Assembly (NCBI GenBank): GCA_034670305.1
Contig: JAXMNT010000020.1
Coordinates: forward strand, 61,993 to 125,992
Length of the DNA: 64,000 nt
Direction: 5' to 3'
Source of the DNA: Deltaproteobacteria bacterium
GTDB lineage: Bacteria; Myxococcota_A; Polyangia; Polyangiales; Houyiibacteriaceae
A program made the position numbers and the translations under genes. Under the pieces are notes generated by a model, which was given only the letters and a program-made list of their open reading frames with translations, searched no databases and was not told the origin of the DNA. Shown here one piece after another: positions 41,512 through 51,174 of the stretch; within the stretch, counting starts at the first letter, position 1; the number at the start of each line of letters is the position of its first letter.

Positions 41512-41569
41512 CGGCCTCTGCCTTTAGACCGGCGCGCGCAAGCGCGGCGGTGTGGTAGTCTCCGCGGCC

Positions 41570-42865
41570 ATGTCCGACGCCAAAGACACCCTCACCGTAA
41601 CCGACAACCGCACTGGCCAGACCTACGAGCTGCCAGTCAAAAACGGCACGATCCGCGCGATGGATCTGCGGCAGATCAAGACGGGGGAGGACGACTTCGG
41701 ACTGATGTCGTACGACCCGGCGTACAAGAACACGGCGTCGACCAAGAGCAAGGTCACGTTCATCGACGGCGACAAGGGTGTGCTCCGCTACCGCGGGTAC
41801 CCGATCGAGCAACTGGCGGAGCACTCGACGTTCCTCGAGACCGCGTACCTGCTCTACAACGGCGAGCTGCCGGGACGCTCGGAGCTGGATGCATTCCAGC
41901 ACTCGATCACCCACCACACGATGGTGCACGAGAACATTCGCGAGTTCATCGATGCGTTCCGCTACGACGCGCACCCGATGGGCATCCTCGTGAGCACGGT
42001 CGGCGCGCTGAGCACGTTCTACCCGGACGCGAAGCAGCTCAACGACAAGCAGAGCCGGATCCTGCAGATGCACCGGCTCATCGCCAAGATGCCGACACTC
42101 GCCGCGTATGCGTACCGGCACCGGCGCGGGCTTCCGTACGTCTACCCGGACAACGATCTCAGCTACTCCGGCAACTTCCTCAACATGCTCTTCAAGATGA
42201 CCGAGGTGAAGTACACGCCGAACCCGGTGATCGAGAAGGCGCTCGATGTGCTCTTCATCCTGCACGCGGACCACGAGCAGAACTGCTCGGCATCCGCGAT
42301 GCGTTCGGTGGGTTCGTCGCGCGTCGATCCGTTCAGCGCGACGGCGGCCGCCTGCGCAGCGCTCTACGGCCCGCTCCACGGCGGCGCGAACGAAGCCGTC
42401 GTCCGCATGCTCAACGAGATCGGTTCGGTCGCGAACATCCCGGCGTACGTCGAGAAGGTGAAGAACGGCGATCTGCGGCTCATGGGCTTCGGCCACCGCG
42501 TCTACAAGAACTACGACCCGCGCGCGAAGGTCATCAAGAAGATGGCCTACCAGGTGTTCGACCAGGTCGGGAAGAACCCGCTCATCGACATCGCCACCGA
42601 GCTCGAGCGCATCGCGCTGGAAGACGAGTACTTCGTCGAGCGCAAGCTCTACCCGAACGTCGACTTCTACTCAGGCCTCATCTACCAGTCGATGGGCCTG
42701 CCGATGGATCTCTTCCCGGTGCTCTTCGCCATCGGCCGCATGCCGGGCTGGCTCTCCCAGTGGGAAGAGATGCTGACGGACAAAGAGCAGGCCATCGCCC
42801 GCCCCCGCCAGGTCTACCTCGGCGAGCAGATGCGCGACTACCTCCCCCTCAGCGAACGCGGCTGA
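41570..42865 (+). CDS. gltA: citrate synthase
   Basis: [42 protein letters not shown]. Confidence 0.98.
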   Translation: MSDAKDTLTVTDNRTGQTYELPVKNGTIRAMDLRQIKTGEDDFGLMSYDPAYKNTASTKSKVTFIDGDKGVLRYRGYPIEQLAEHSTFLETAYLLYNGELPGRSELDAFQHSITHHTMVHENIREFIDAFRYDAHPMGILVSTVGALSTFYPDAKQLNDKQSRILQMHRLIAKMPTLAAYAYRHRRGLPYVYPDNDLSYSGNFLNMLFKMTEVKYTPNPVIEKALDVLFILHADHEQNCSASAMRSVGSSRVDPFSATAAACAALYGPLHGGANEAVVRMLNEIGSVANIPAYVEKVKNGDLRLMGFGHRVYKNYDPRAKVIKKMAYQVFDQVGKNPLIDIATELERIALEDEYFVERKLYPNVDFYSGLIYQSMGLPMDLFPVLFAIGRMPGWLSQWEEMLTDKEQAIARPRQVYLGEQMRDYLPLSERG

Positions 42866-42943
42866 GCGAGACCGACGCTCGCCGCACCCGAATCGGGCCA
42901 GCCCACTCCCACGAGAAGGGGCGCCGCGCCAGAGTATGAGGAA

Positions 42944-43135
42944 CGGCGTCGGCTTCGGCTTCGGTGTCGGTCGGGGTCGGGGTCGGCTTCGGCTTCGGGG
43001 TCGGCTTCGGCTCCGGTGTCGGTGTCGGCTTCGGGGTCGGCTTCGGCGTCGGCGTCGGCTTCGGCTTCGGCTTCGGTATCGGCTTCGGCTTCGGGATCGG
43101 CTTCGGCTTCGGCTTCGGCTTCGGCTTCGGCTTCG
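42944..43135. repeat. TCGGNN hexamer array
   Basis: between convergent genes. Confidence 0.9.
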
Positions 43136-43177
43136 AAACCACGGGCACGGGCCTCCTTCTCGGCCCCCTCTCCAGCG

Positions 43178-44833
43178 TCAGTCGGTCGCGACCCAGACGA
43201 TCCACAGCGGCCGTCCGGGCTGCGGCGTCAACGCCGCAGGCTCCAGCTGCGTGGCGCGGTGGCCGATGAACGTTCGGTACCTCTCCACGACGCGGTTGCG
43301 GAGCAAGGTCGGTCCCGGCATCTCGATCGCGAGCTCGTCGATGGCGACCTGGCCCAAGAACCGGGTCGGCTCGACGACGTGGACCGAGCGCGCGCCGGCG
43401 GCGTAGAGGCTGTCGACGAACTCGAGCATGGCGGCGGCCTGGTGCGCCCGCGAACCTTCGCCCTGGAGGAAGAACCGCGCCTCGGGGTACTCCGGTGTGC
43501 CCTTGAGTCGGAAGATGCGGGCGACTTCGTCTTCATCGAGCTCCGCGAGCCGGGCCGCGAGTTGGTCGGGGTTCGGTTTCTGGAAGTAGTTCACACCGAA
43601 CGCGGCCGCGTAGCCAAGCACCAGCGCCGCGGCGCCCGGTCGCGCGCTCATGAGCGAGCCCTCGGGTCCGAAGAGCATCACCGTACCGACGATGAGCAGG
43701 CCGAGGCCGAGGGCGGCGAAGCCTACGCCGTCGCCCGCGAGGCTGAACATCGAGGCGGTGCCGAGAAAGCAGCTGCGCCCACGAAAGAGGAGCACCGCCA
43801 GCGGGATGAGGCCGACCACGATGAGGCCGATGCCGGGCAGCAGGGCGGCGGTACGCGACGCTTTCTCTTTGCGCCGGTCCACGACCACGCCAGGTGCGCC
43901 GGAACCTGCCCCGCCCGCGCGCGGTCCTGCGGCTGGCAGCGGTTCGCGTTCGCGACGGACCAGACGCCTCGGCGCGGCCTTCGGCACGAGCGCTTCGGCG
44001 AGCTGCAACTCGTCGTCCGTGTAGGCCCCGCGAGACGGCCCCTCGCCGGTGGGTCCACCGATGGCGGGCGGCAGATCGCTCTCGAGCAGGTCGCCGTACT
44101 CGAGCGAGTCCGTGGCCGATGCCGTCGCGGAGGGAGCGAGCCGCTCTTCGCGCGCGGGAGGGAGATCCAGCGACATCGACTCGACGTCGAAGCCTGCGTC
44201 CGGCAACGGCAACGCCTCGGCGGCGGGCGGCAACGCCGCAGGAAACGAGCCCGCGTCGTGGGGCACCCGAGGGGGGGGCGGTACATCCGGCAAGCTGATC
44301 TCACCGTGAGCCTGACCAACTGCGCGTGCTCGTGCGGGTTGGGGGGGAGCGGGGGCAGGCGCTGGGGCAGGCGGCGCGGGTGGCGCCGGGGCTGCGGCAG
44401 ACTTCTTCGCAGCGGCGCCGGGTCGTTGACGCGGTCGTTTGGAGCGCACCGGCAGATCGGCGTCCATTCCGAAGTCGGCGTCGAGGTCGACGCTCTCCCG
44501 CCGCGGCGGGGCCTTCGACACATGAGGAACACCTGGTGCGGCGACGATGCCGAGACCGAGAAGATCTTCCGAGGAAGGCTGGGGCGGCGGGAACACACTC
44601 GGCGGCGGTGGGGGATCGTTGGGCGCACGCAACTGGACCTGTGCTCCGATGCCCTCCAGCGCCTCGACCCACGGATCGATCTGGGTCGGACGCACCGCGT
44701 TCTTCACGATGCACGGGATGCGGCGCACGATGCTGCGGGCCTCGTACTCGTCGAGTCGGAACACGCGCATCAGGCCCGGCACCGGATCGGCCCCTGGCTC
44801 GAAGCCGGTCACCCAGAGGTCGAGCTCATCCAT
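43178..44833 (-). CDS. hypothetical membrane protein with Pro-rich linker
   Basis: 551-aa ORF with three hydrophobic helices. Confidence 0.7.
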   Translation of the reverse strand: MDELDLWVTGFEPGADPVPGLMRVFRLDEYEARSIVRRIPCIVKNAVRPTQIDPWVEALEGIGAQVQLRAPNDPPPPPSVFPPPQPSSEDLLGLGIVAAPGVPHVSKAPPRRESVDLDADFGMDADLPVRSKRPRQRPGAAAKKSAAAPAPPAPPAPAPAPAPPQPARARAVGQAHGEISLPDVPPPPRVPHDAGSFPAALPPAAEALPLPDAGFDVESMSLDLPPAREERLAPSATASATDSLEYGDLLESDLPPAIGGPTGEGPSRGAYTDDELQLAEALVPKAAPRRLVRREREPLPAAGPRAGGAGSGAPGVVVDRRKEKASRTAALLPGIGLIVVGLIPLAVLLFRGRSCFLGTASMFSLAGDGVGFAALGLGLLIVGTVMLFGPEGSLMSARPGAAALVLGYAAAFGVNYFQKPNPDQLAARLAELDEDEVARIFRLKGTPEYPEARFFLQGEGSRAHQAAAMLEFVDSLYAAGARSVHVVEPTRFLGQVAIDELAIEMPGPTLLRNRVVERYRTFIGHRATQLEPAALTPQPGRPLWIVWVATD

Positions 44834-45014
44834 CGGACCGGCCCATCCGACGCATCCGTCGCTGTGCGCAGGCTCGAGGGCGGTGGCCCAGCCGCGTGAG
44901 GGGACGGTTCACTGCTTCTCCGGTCTCACGGAGACGGGTCCGGCGTCAATTCTTCTGGTGCGCGCGTTCGCATGCGGGCGGTCCGAGGGGGTGGGCATGG
45001 GCTCAGTCATCGGC

Positions 45015-45692
45015 TCAGTCACTCGTACGGCTCAGCTGCAACACCCGCACGGGCGACTGAAAGCGCACCGTCAGTTCGGGCGCGCGGTGGTGGCGGCGGT
45101 GCGACGCTTCCAGGCTGACCGAGATCTCGAACCCGCCGCTTTGCCAGTAGTGCCGGGCTCGGGCGTCGTCCCGAAAACACGCTGCGTCGGTGCCGCGTTC
45201 CAGTCCCGCGCGGCAGTCTCCATCCGCACGCACGCGGCCAGACGCCTCCTCACCGAACGCTTCCCGCAGCGCACCGACGACGACGCCGTACCCAAGTGCC
45301 CAAGGTGCCCAGTGCACCTTGTCCTCCACCCGGCCCGAATCGAGCGTGAGACGGACCTCGCACAGCCGGTCCTCGCAGAACACCAGGTCGGCTTGTACGG
45401 GGAACCCGACGGAGCGGGCGGCGCCGCTGCAATGATACCCGGTGCTGTCCGCCTGAAGCGCAGACTCGGTCTCGGACCACTCGTGGCCGGCCCGAGTGCA
45501 TGCGGCACGCACCCGGTTCGGTCGGCGTCCGAAGGCGAACCCCGCGAGTTCGGTCGGGGCCGGCCCTGCCTCCCCGGCCGGTGGTGGTGCGCCTTCGGGC
45601 CAAAAGTGTGGCGTTCCCTCGGGCTGAGCCATGGCCATCGGGGTCCGCGGCGCCGCAGACACCAGACACACGCACACGATGAACACCCGCAC
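45015..45692 (-). CDS. hypothetical exported protein
   Basis: signal-like N-terminus; paired Cys. Confidence 0.55.
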   Translation of the reverse strand: MRVFIVCVCLVSAAPRTPMAMAQPEGTPHFWPEGAPPPAGEAGPAPTELAGFAFGRRPNRVRAACTRAGHEWSETESALQADSTGYHCSGAARSVGFPVQADLVFCEDRLCEVRLTLDSGRVEDKVHWAPWALGYGVVVGALREAFGEEASGRVRADGDCRAGLERGTDAACFRDDARARHYWQSGGFEISVSLEASHRRHHRAPELTVRFQSPVRVLQLSRTSD

Positions 45693-45896
45693 CCCGCCAA
45701 CGTACCGAGGTGGCGGATCCGCGCAAGAATTGTCCCTCCCGCGAGTGGATCACGTTCTTGGTCCGTGACAGGTTCCGCGGGCTGTCGGGCGGTGTGTGTG
45801 TGTGTATGTGTGCCCGCGGCAACTCTTTAGGATGTACTCGATGTCGCGCGGCTCGATGACCATCGATCCTGCGGCCGAGCTCGATGCGAGGTGTGT

Positions 45897-47168
45897 ATGT
45901 GGTTGGTTTCTGATGGCGGGCGCCAGGCGCTCTGCTGGGCACTCGTGGTGGCGCTGAGCGCATGCGGCGGAGACGACGACGGCGGCCGCGCGGATGCGGG
46001 CAGCTCGGACGTCGGTCCACGCGCGGACGCGCCGGGTGTCGACACCGGCACCGGCGACATGTGCGGCGACGAGCGCCGCGGCGGGCTCGTCTACTTCGGC
46101 ACCCCCGAACCCACCGCCCTCCCCCTCACCGCGGGTCAGGTGCAGGCGATTGGAACCTGGGGCGGGTGCAGCGGCACCTTCGTCACCGAGGACTGGGTCC
46201 TGACCGCCAACCACTGTCGCGTCGGCATCGGCGACCGGTTCTGCGTAGGCGTCGAACCGAGGACCCCGAACGTCTGCTTCACGGCTGCCGAGGTCCGAAG
46301 CCATCCGAGCCAGGACATGACACTCGCGCGCATGGATGCCTTCCTCAGCGATCGCCTCGCCACCGCCGAACCGATCCCGATCAACACCCAGACGCTCGAT
46401 GGGACGTTCATCGGCGTGACGGCGGAAGCCGCCGGTTACGGACAGCAAGAAGACGGCTCGAGCGGCGAGCGCGAGTTCGCCGCCGAACCCATCGACGGTT
46501 ACGAAGGCGAGTTCGTGGTCATCAACGGCGAGGGCACCCGCGGGGTGTGCTTCGGCGACTCCGGCGGCCCCGTGATGATCCTGGCGGGCGATGGCACCGT
46601 CCGAGTGGCGGGCGACCTCAGCTACGGCGATCCGAGCTGCGTCGGCCGCGACCGCTACTCCCGCACCGACCTCGCGGTGGACTGGATCGAAGGCTACACG
46701 GGACCGACGCTCGCCAGCGGCGCCTGCGACACGCTCGGCAACGAAGGCCGCTGCGTAAGCGCCCAAGCGGTGTGGTGCGAAGGCGAGGACGTCCAGATGG
46801 AGCGGTGCACTGGCGCGTGCGGATGGGACGCAACGGCCGAAGGCTACCGCTGCCTCACCGGCGCCGATCCCTGCGACGGCGTGGACGCGACGGGCGTCTG
46901 CGACGGGGACACGGCGCGCTGGTGCGAGCGCGGGGTGCTGCGGCAGCGCGACTGCGCCGCGTGCGACCAGGTGTGCGGCAACGTCTCCGAAGTCGGCGGC
47001 GCGTACTGCATGGACGATCCGTGCGCCGGCATCGACTTCCTCGGTGAGTGCGACGGCAACGTCGCAGTCTGGTGCGACGAGAACATGGTCCGTCGACGCG
47101 ACTGCTCCCGGCGTGGTGGCACGTGCGAGTACATCGACGACCGCATCGGCTACTTCTGCACCCGCTGA
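45897..47168 (+). CDS. trypsin-like S1 serine protease, lipoprotein
   Basis: LSAC lipobox, VLTANHC, CFGDSGGP, three Cys-rich C-terminal repeats. Confidence 0.9.
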   Translation: MWLVSDGGRQALCWALVVALSACGGDDDGGRADAGSSDVGPRADAPGVDTGTGDMCGDERRGGLVYFGTPEPTALPLTAGQVQAIGTWGGCSGTFVTEDWVLTANHCRVGIGDRFCVGVEPRTPNVCFTAAEVRSHPSQDMTLARMDAFLSDRLATAEPIPINTQTLDGTFIGVTAEAAGYGQQEDGSSGEREFAAEPIDGYEGEFVVINGEGTRGVCFGDSGGPVMILAGDGTVRVAGDLSYGDPSCVGRDRYSRTDLAVDWIEGYTGPTLASGACDTLGNEGRCVSAQAVWCEGEDVQMERCTGACGWDATAEGYRCLTGADPCDGVDATGVCDGDTARWCERGVLRQRDCAACDQVCGNVSEVGGAYCMDDPCAGIDFLGECDGNVAVWCDENMVRRRDCSRRGGTCEYIDDRIGYFCTR

Positions 47169-47250
47169 CATCGGCCCTCATCCGCGTCGCGGCCCCTTTG
47201 CTCTGAAGCTCGTTGGTCCGCTCCCGTCTTCGGGTTTTAGGCGTCGGAGA

Positions 47251-47442
47251 TCGGCCTCGGACTCGGACTCGGAGTCGGCTTCGGAGTCGGCTTCGGTGTC
47301 GGCTTCGGCGTCGGCATCGGCTTCGGAGTCGGAATCGGCCTCGGAGTCGGCTTCGGAGTCGGCTTCGGAGTCGGAGTCGGCTTCGGCTTCGGCATCGCTG
47401 TCGGCTTCGGCTTCGCTGTCGGGGATCGGCTTGGGCTTCGGG
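47251..47442. repeat. TCGGNN hexamer array
   Basis: TCGGCT/TCGGAG units downstream of the protease gene. Confidence 0.88.
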
Positions 47443-47650
47443 ATCGAAGTCAGCCTCCGCTCGCTTCCACCCTCGGCCTTCAGTCTCGGCCCCGTCCACA
47501 GGCCCAAGCGACGGGTCTCGTTCTTGCACACGTCCCCCACAGCAGCGGGTCTCGACCGAACCGAACGTTCTTCGATCCTGCTGGCGCAAGAAACGACCTC
47601 GCCAACCCATCGCGCGCAGATTCTGCGCGCACCATTCCCCGGAGTGATCG

Positions 47651-48052
47651 ATGAGCCTGCCCAAGTACACAGTCAGCGACTTCTACACCGAGAGCCCCCA
47701 CACGGTGGACGCAGACGACGCCCTCGACCGCGCCCAAGACTTGATGACGCGCCACGGGATTCGACACCTTCCCGTGACCTCGAACGGAAAGCTCTCCGGC
47801 GTGCTGAGCGATCGCGACATCAAAACCGTGCTCGGCTTCAAAGGCGCGAGCACCAAACGCCTGAGTTGCGGTGAAGTCTGCAGCAACGACGCCTACGTCA
47901 CCCACCCGGACAGCCCACTGCAGCTGGTGGCCGGCGAGTTGGCGAGCAAACACTACGGCTCGGCTGTGGTCACCGAAGGAGACGCGGTCGTGGGCATCTT
48001 CACCACGACCGACGCGTGTCGGGCTCTGGCCCAGGTGCTCACCCCGTCATGA
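47651..48052 (+). CDS. CBS-domain protein
   Basis: IRHLPV, GVLSDRD, VGIFTTTDA. Confidence 0.9.
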   Translation: MSLPKYTVSDFYTESPHTVDADDALDRAQDLMTRHGIRHLPVTSNGKLSGVLSDRDIKTVLGFKGASTKRLSCGEVCSNDAYVTHPDSPLQLVAGELASKHYGSAVVTEGDAVVGIFTTTDACRALAQVLTPS

Positions 48053-48432
48053 CGACGCCCATCTCGGAGTTCATGACGCATGCGCCCCACACCATCGGGC
48101 ACGACCAGCCGGCGCAAACGGCGCGCGACTACATGCGGTCGCACAGCGTGCGCCACATCCCCGTCTTGAAGGGCGGCACCGTCGTCGGGATCGTCTCCGA
48201 TCGCGACCTGCAGTTCTTGGTGACGTTGGGGGACGCGGTGCCGGAGTCCATCCCTGTCGAAGAAGCGATGTCGCAGGAGGTCTACCAAACCGCCCCCGAC
48301 ACGCCGATCAAGGAGGTGGTGGTCTCGATGGCCGAACACAAGATCGGTTCAGCGGTCGTGGTCGAGGGGCGAAAGGTTGTCGGGATCTTCACGACGACCG
48401 ACGCCCTCCGGGCGCTCGCGAAGTGCGTTTGA
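48049..48432 (+). CDS. CBS-domain protein
   Basis: VRHIPV, GIVSDRD, VGIFTTTDA; ATGA overlap. Confidence 0.9.
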   Translation: MTTPISEFMTHAPHTIGHDQPAQTARDYMRSHSVRHIPVLKGGTVVGIVSDRDLQFLVTLGDAVPESIPVEEAMSQEVYQTAPDTPIKEVVVSMAEHKIGSAVVVEGRKVVGIFTTTDALRALAKCV

Positions 48433-48531
48433 GCCCCAGCTGACGGGCCCAGTCCCGCGTAGCGGGCAAAGCCCGCAAGCGAGACAACGAACACGTGCCC
48501 ACCGCCACTGCGTGCGGCAAACTTCACGCAG

Positions 48532-49647
48532 GTGGCGGTGGCAATCAAAGCAGACATCGGGATCCTCGGGATCGCGTGTGCGCTTGCATTTGGATGCGGC
48601 GGGCCCGGCGTCGCAGAAGATGGCGGGGGGTCCGATGCAGGGCTCGGCGACGCCTCGATCCTGGACGCCACCAGCGACGCCGAACACGACGCACGCGTCG
48701 ACGCGTGGTCCGGACTCGACGCCAGCCACGATGGGGGCGCGGACGCGTCCGATCCGTGGACAGGCACTCCCTGCTCGGTCGGCGGGACGCCGGGCATCTG
48801 CCGCGACGTCGCATCCTGTGAAGGCACATCGACCGCCGGCTTCTGTCCGGGCCCTGCGTACATCCAATGCTGCACCATCACGGGTGACGGCGGACCGATG
48901 GACGGCTCGTTCGACGCGGGTCCCCGCGACGACGCAGGTTCGATGACGTGCGATCCCGAAGCGCGCCCGCAGCCGAACGCGGGGCTCACAGAGGACCCAG
49001 GCGTCGGTGGTTGTCCGGCGGGCATGCTGCCGGTGGCAGGCTTCTGCGTGGACCGATACGAAGCGTCGTTGCTCGTCGTCGAAGACGACGGAAGCACCCG
49101 GCCACATTCACCCTACTTCAACCCCGGCGACCTCCGGGTGCGCGCCGTCAGTCTGCGCGGCGCAGTACCGCAGGGGTACATCGATGGCCGTCGTGCCGCC
49201 GAGGCGTGCCTGGAAGCGGGCAAGCGACTGTGCACCGACACCGAGTGGTTGCGCGCATGCCGCGGACCGGACGACCTCGTGTTTCCCTACGGCGCGACCC
49301 GAGACCCGGGCGAGTGCAACGACGCGCGCAGTCGCCACCCCGCGGTCGAGTACTTCGGCAGCTCCGAGCCTTGGGTCTTCGGCATGATCCAGCACCCGTG
49401 CCTGAACCAGCTCGAGGACGGGCTGGAACCGACGGGGGACCACCCAGGCTGCGAGAGCGCCGAAGGCCCCTTCGACATGATGGGCAACCTGCACGAGTGG
49501 ACCGCGGATCCGGCCGGCACGTTCCGCGGCGGCTTCTACGTGGACACGGAACGCAATGGGCCGGGGTGCCTCTACCGCACCACGGCCCACGACACCGCGC
49601 ACTGGGACTACTCGACGGGTTTTCGCTGCTGCGCCGACGCCACGTAG
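48532..49647 (+). CDS. lipoprotein with FGE-sulfatase-like domain
   Basis: AFGC lipobox, CPAGM, GKRLCTDTEW, DMMGNLHEW, TGFRCC. Confidence 0.85.
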   Translation: MAVAIKADIGILGIACALAFGCGGPGVAEDGGGSDAGLGDASILDATSDAEHDARVDAWSGLDASHDGGADASDPWTGTPCSVGGTPGICRDVASCEGTSTAGFCPGPAYIQCCTITGDGGPMDGSFDAGPRDDAGSMTCDPEARPQPNAGLTEDPGVGGCPAGMLPVAGFCVDRYEASLLVVEDDGSTRPHSPYFNPGDLRVRAVSLRGAVPQGYIDGRRAAEACLEAGKRLCTDTEWLRACRGPDDLVFPYGATRDPGECNDARSRHPAVEYFGSSEPWVFGMIQHPCLNQLEDGLEPTGDHPGCESAEGPFDMMGNLHEWTADPAGTFRGGFYVDTERNGPGCLYRTTAHDTAHWDYSTGFRCCADAT

Positions 49648-51086
49648 AAGTGGTTCATGAACTCGATGAGGAGCGCCTCGCGGGTCTCGGGCGCGAGTTT
49701 GTCGATGACGGCGTTCAACTCCGCGCGCTCTTCAGGCAACCCGTCTGACTTCTCCGAGCCGCCACCGAGCATGCCGAGCAGCTCGGTGTACTTGGCGCGC
49801 ACCATCTCGGGCGTGAGCATGGACGCGACCTGATCGAGCATCGCCGGCAAGGGCTTCGGCGGGTTCGCGCGCACGTGGGCGGTCGCCTCGCGCAGGTCGG
49901 CGAGGAACGCCTGCGCGTGCGGCGCGTTGCCCGGCTCGACCATCAAGTGGAGGTTCTTCGGGCTCTCGCCAAACGAGAGCTGCGGCAAGATGCGCCACCC
50001 TTTGCGTTCGAGCGCGTCCGAGAGCGCGAACACATCCACCGTGTCGGACGCGATCGCGATGAGCCCCATCACCGGCGTGCCGAGCACCCGGAGATCGTCG
50101 ATCGCTTCGATGCCTTCGAGGAGTTCGCGGGTGGCCACGGACATCTTCTTCGCGAGCGCCAGGTATCCGTCGCGTCCGAGGTGCTGCATCACCGCCCACG
50201 CGCCTGCGAGCGGGCCGCCGCTCTTGGTGCTCTGCATGGTGGTGTTGACCACGCCGTAGCCGCTCCAGTGGGAACACGCGAAGAGCTGGTGCCGGCGGTA
50301 GGCCGCGTCCCGCATCAAGAGCACCGACGAGCCCTTCGGCGCGAAGGCGTACTTGTGCAGATCCATGCTGATGGAGGTCACGCCCGGTACCCGGAAGTCG
50401 AACGCGGGCACCGGCTCGCCGAGCGCTTCGAGCAAGGGCAAGAGCCAAGCCCCGATGCAGCCGTCGACGTGCACCGGGATGTCGTGTTCGAGACCGATCG
50501 CGCCGAGCGCTTCGATCGGATCGACGACGCCGTGCGCGTAGCCGGGGGCGCTGCCGACGAGCAGCACCGTGTTGTCGGTGATCTTGGAACGCAGGTCGTC
50601 GAGGTCGACCTCGAACGTCTCCGGGTCCAGCTTCACCAGAATCGGCTTGATGCCGAAGTACTTCGCGCCCTTGTGAAAGGCCGCGTGGGCGCTCTCGGGG
50701 AGCAGCATCTCCGGCGCCGTGATGCCGCGCTCGGCCTTGGCCCGTTCGCGCGCCGTCAGGACCGCGAGCATGCAGCTCTCGGTGCCGCCGCTGGTGAACG
50801 TGCCCACCCCCGACGCCGGCGCGTTCAGGTGGCTCAGGCTCGCGCCGATGACCTCGTTCTCGAGCCGCCCGAGGCTCGGAAACGCCGTGGGGTCGAGCCC
50901 GTTCTTGCTCATGAACGCGGCGACCGCGCGCTTCTGGAGCGCCGCCACTTCGGGACCGGCGTCGTACACGTAGGTCCAAGCCCGGCCACCGCTCACGGCC
51001 ATGTCGTCGCTGCGGTACGCATCGAGCTCCGCAAAGATCGCGTCCACCGGGCGCCCTTCCGTGGGCAGTTCGAATCGGTCCGTCAC
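49608..51086 (-). CDS. group II PLP-dependent decarboxylase / sphingosine-1-phosphate-lyase-like protein
   Basis: TSGGTES, HGVVDPI, HVDGCIG, SISMDLHKY, APKGSS. Confidence 0.88.
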   Translation of the reverse strand: MTDRFELPTEGRPVDAIFAELDAYRSDDMAVSGGRAWTYVYDAGPEVAALQKRAVAAFMSKNGLDPTAFPSLGRLENEVIGASLSHLNAPASGVGTFTSGGTESCMLAVLTARERAKAERGITAPEMLLPESAHAAFHKGAKYFGIKPILVKLDPETFEVDLDDLRSKITDNTVLLVGSAPGYAHGVVDPIEALGAIGLEHDIPVHVDGCIGAWLLPLLEALGEPVPAFDFRVPGVTSISMDLHKYAFAPKGSSVLLMRDAAYRRHQLFACSHWSGYGVVNTTMQSTKSGGPLAGAWAVMQHLGRDGYLALAKKMSVATRELLEGIEAIDDLRVLGTPVMGLIAIASDTVDVFALSDALERKGWRILPQLSFGESPKNLHLMVEPGNAPHAQAFLADLREATAHVRANPPKPLPAMLDQVASMLTPEMVRAKYTELLGMLGGGSEKSDGLPEERAELNAVIDKLAPETREALLIEFMNHFYVASAQQRKPVE

Positions 51087-51174
51087 GTCGTCACCTCGGG
51101 TCCAGATCTAGCAAACTGGCACTGGGTGTCAACTTCTTTCCTGGCGTCCGGCCCTGGCTCGCCGCGAGACAGTC

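Noticed and set aside
45792-45812. GT dinucleotide run as a phase-variation switch
   Set aside because: Short, interrupted and intergenic, with no identifiable promoter elements around it
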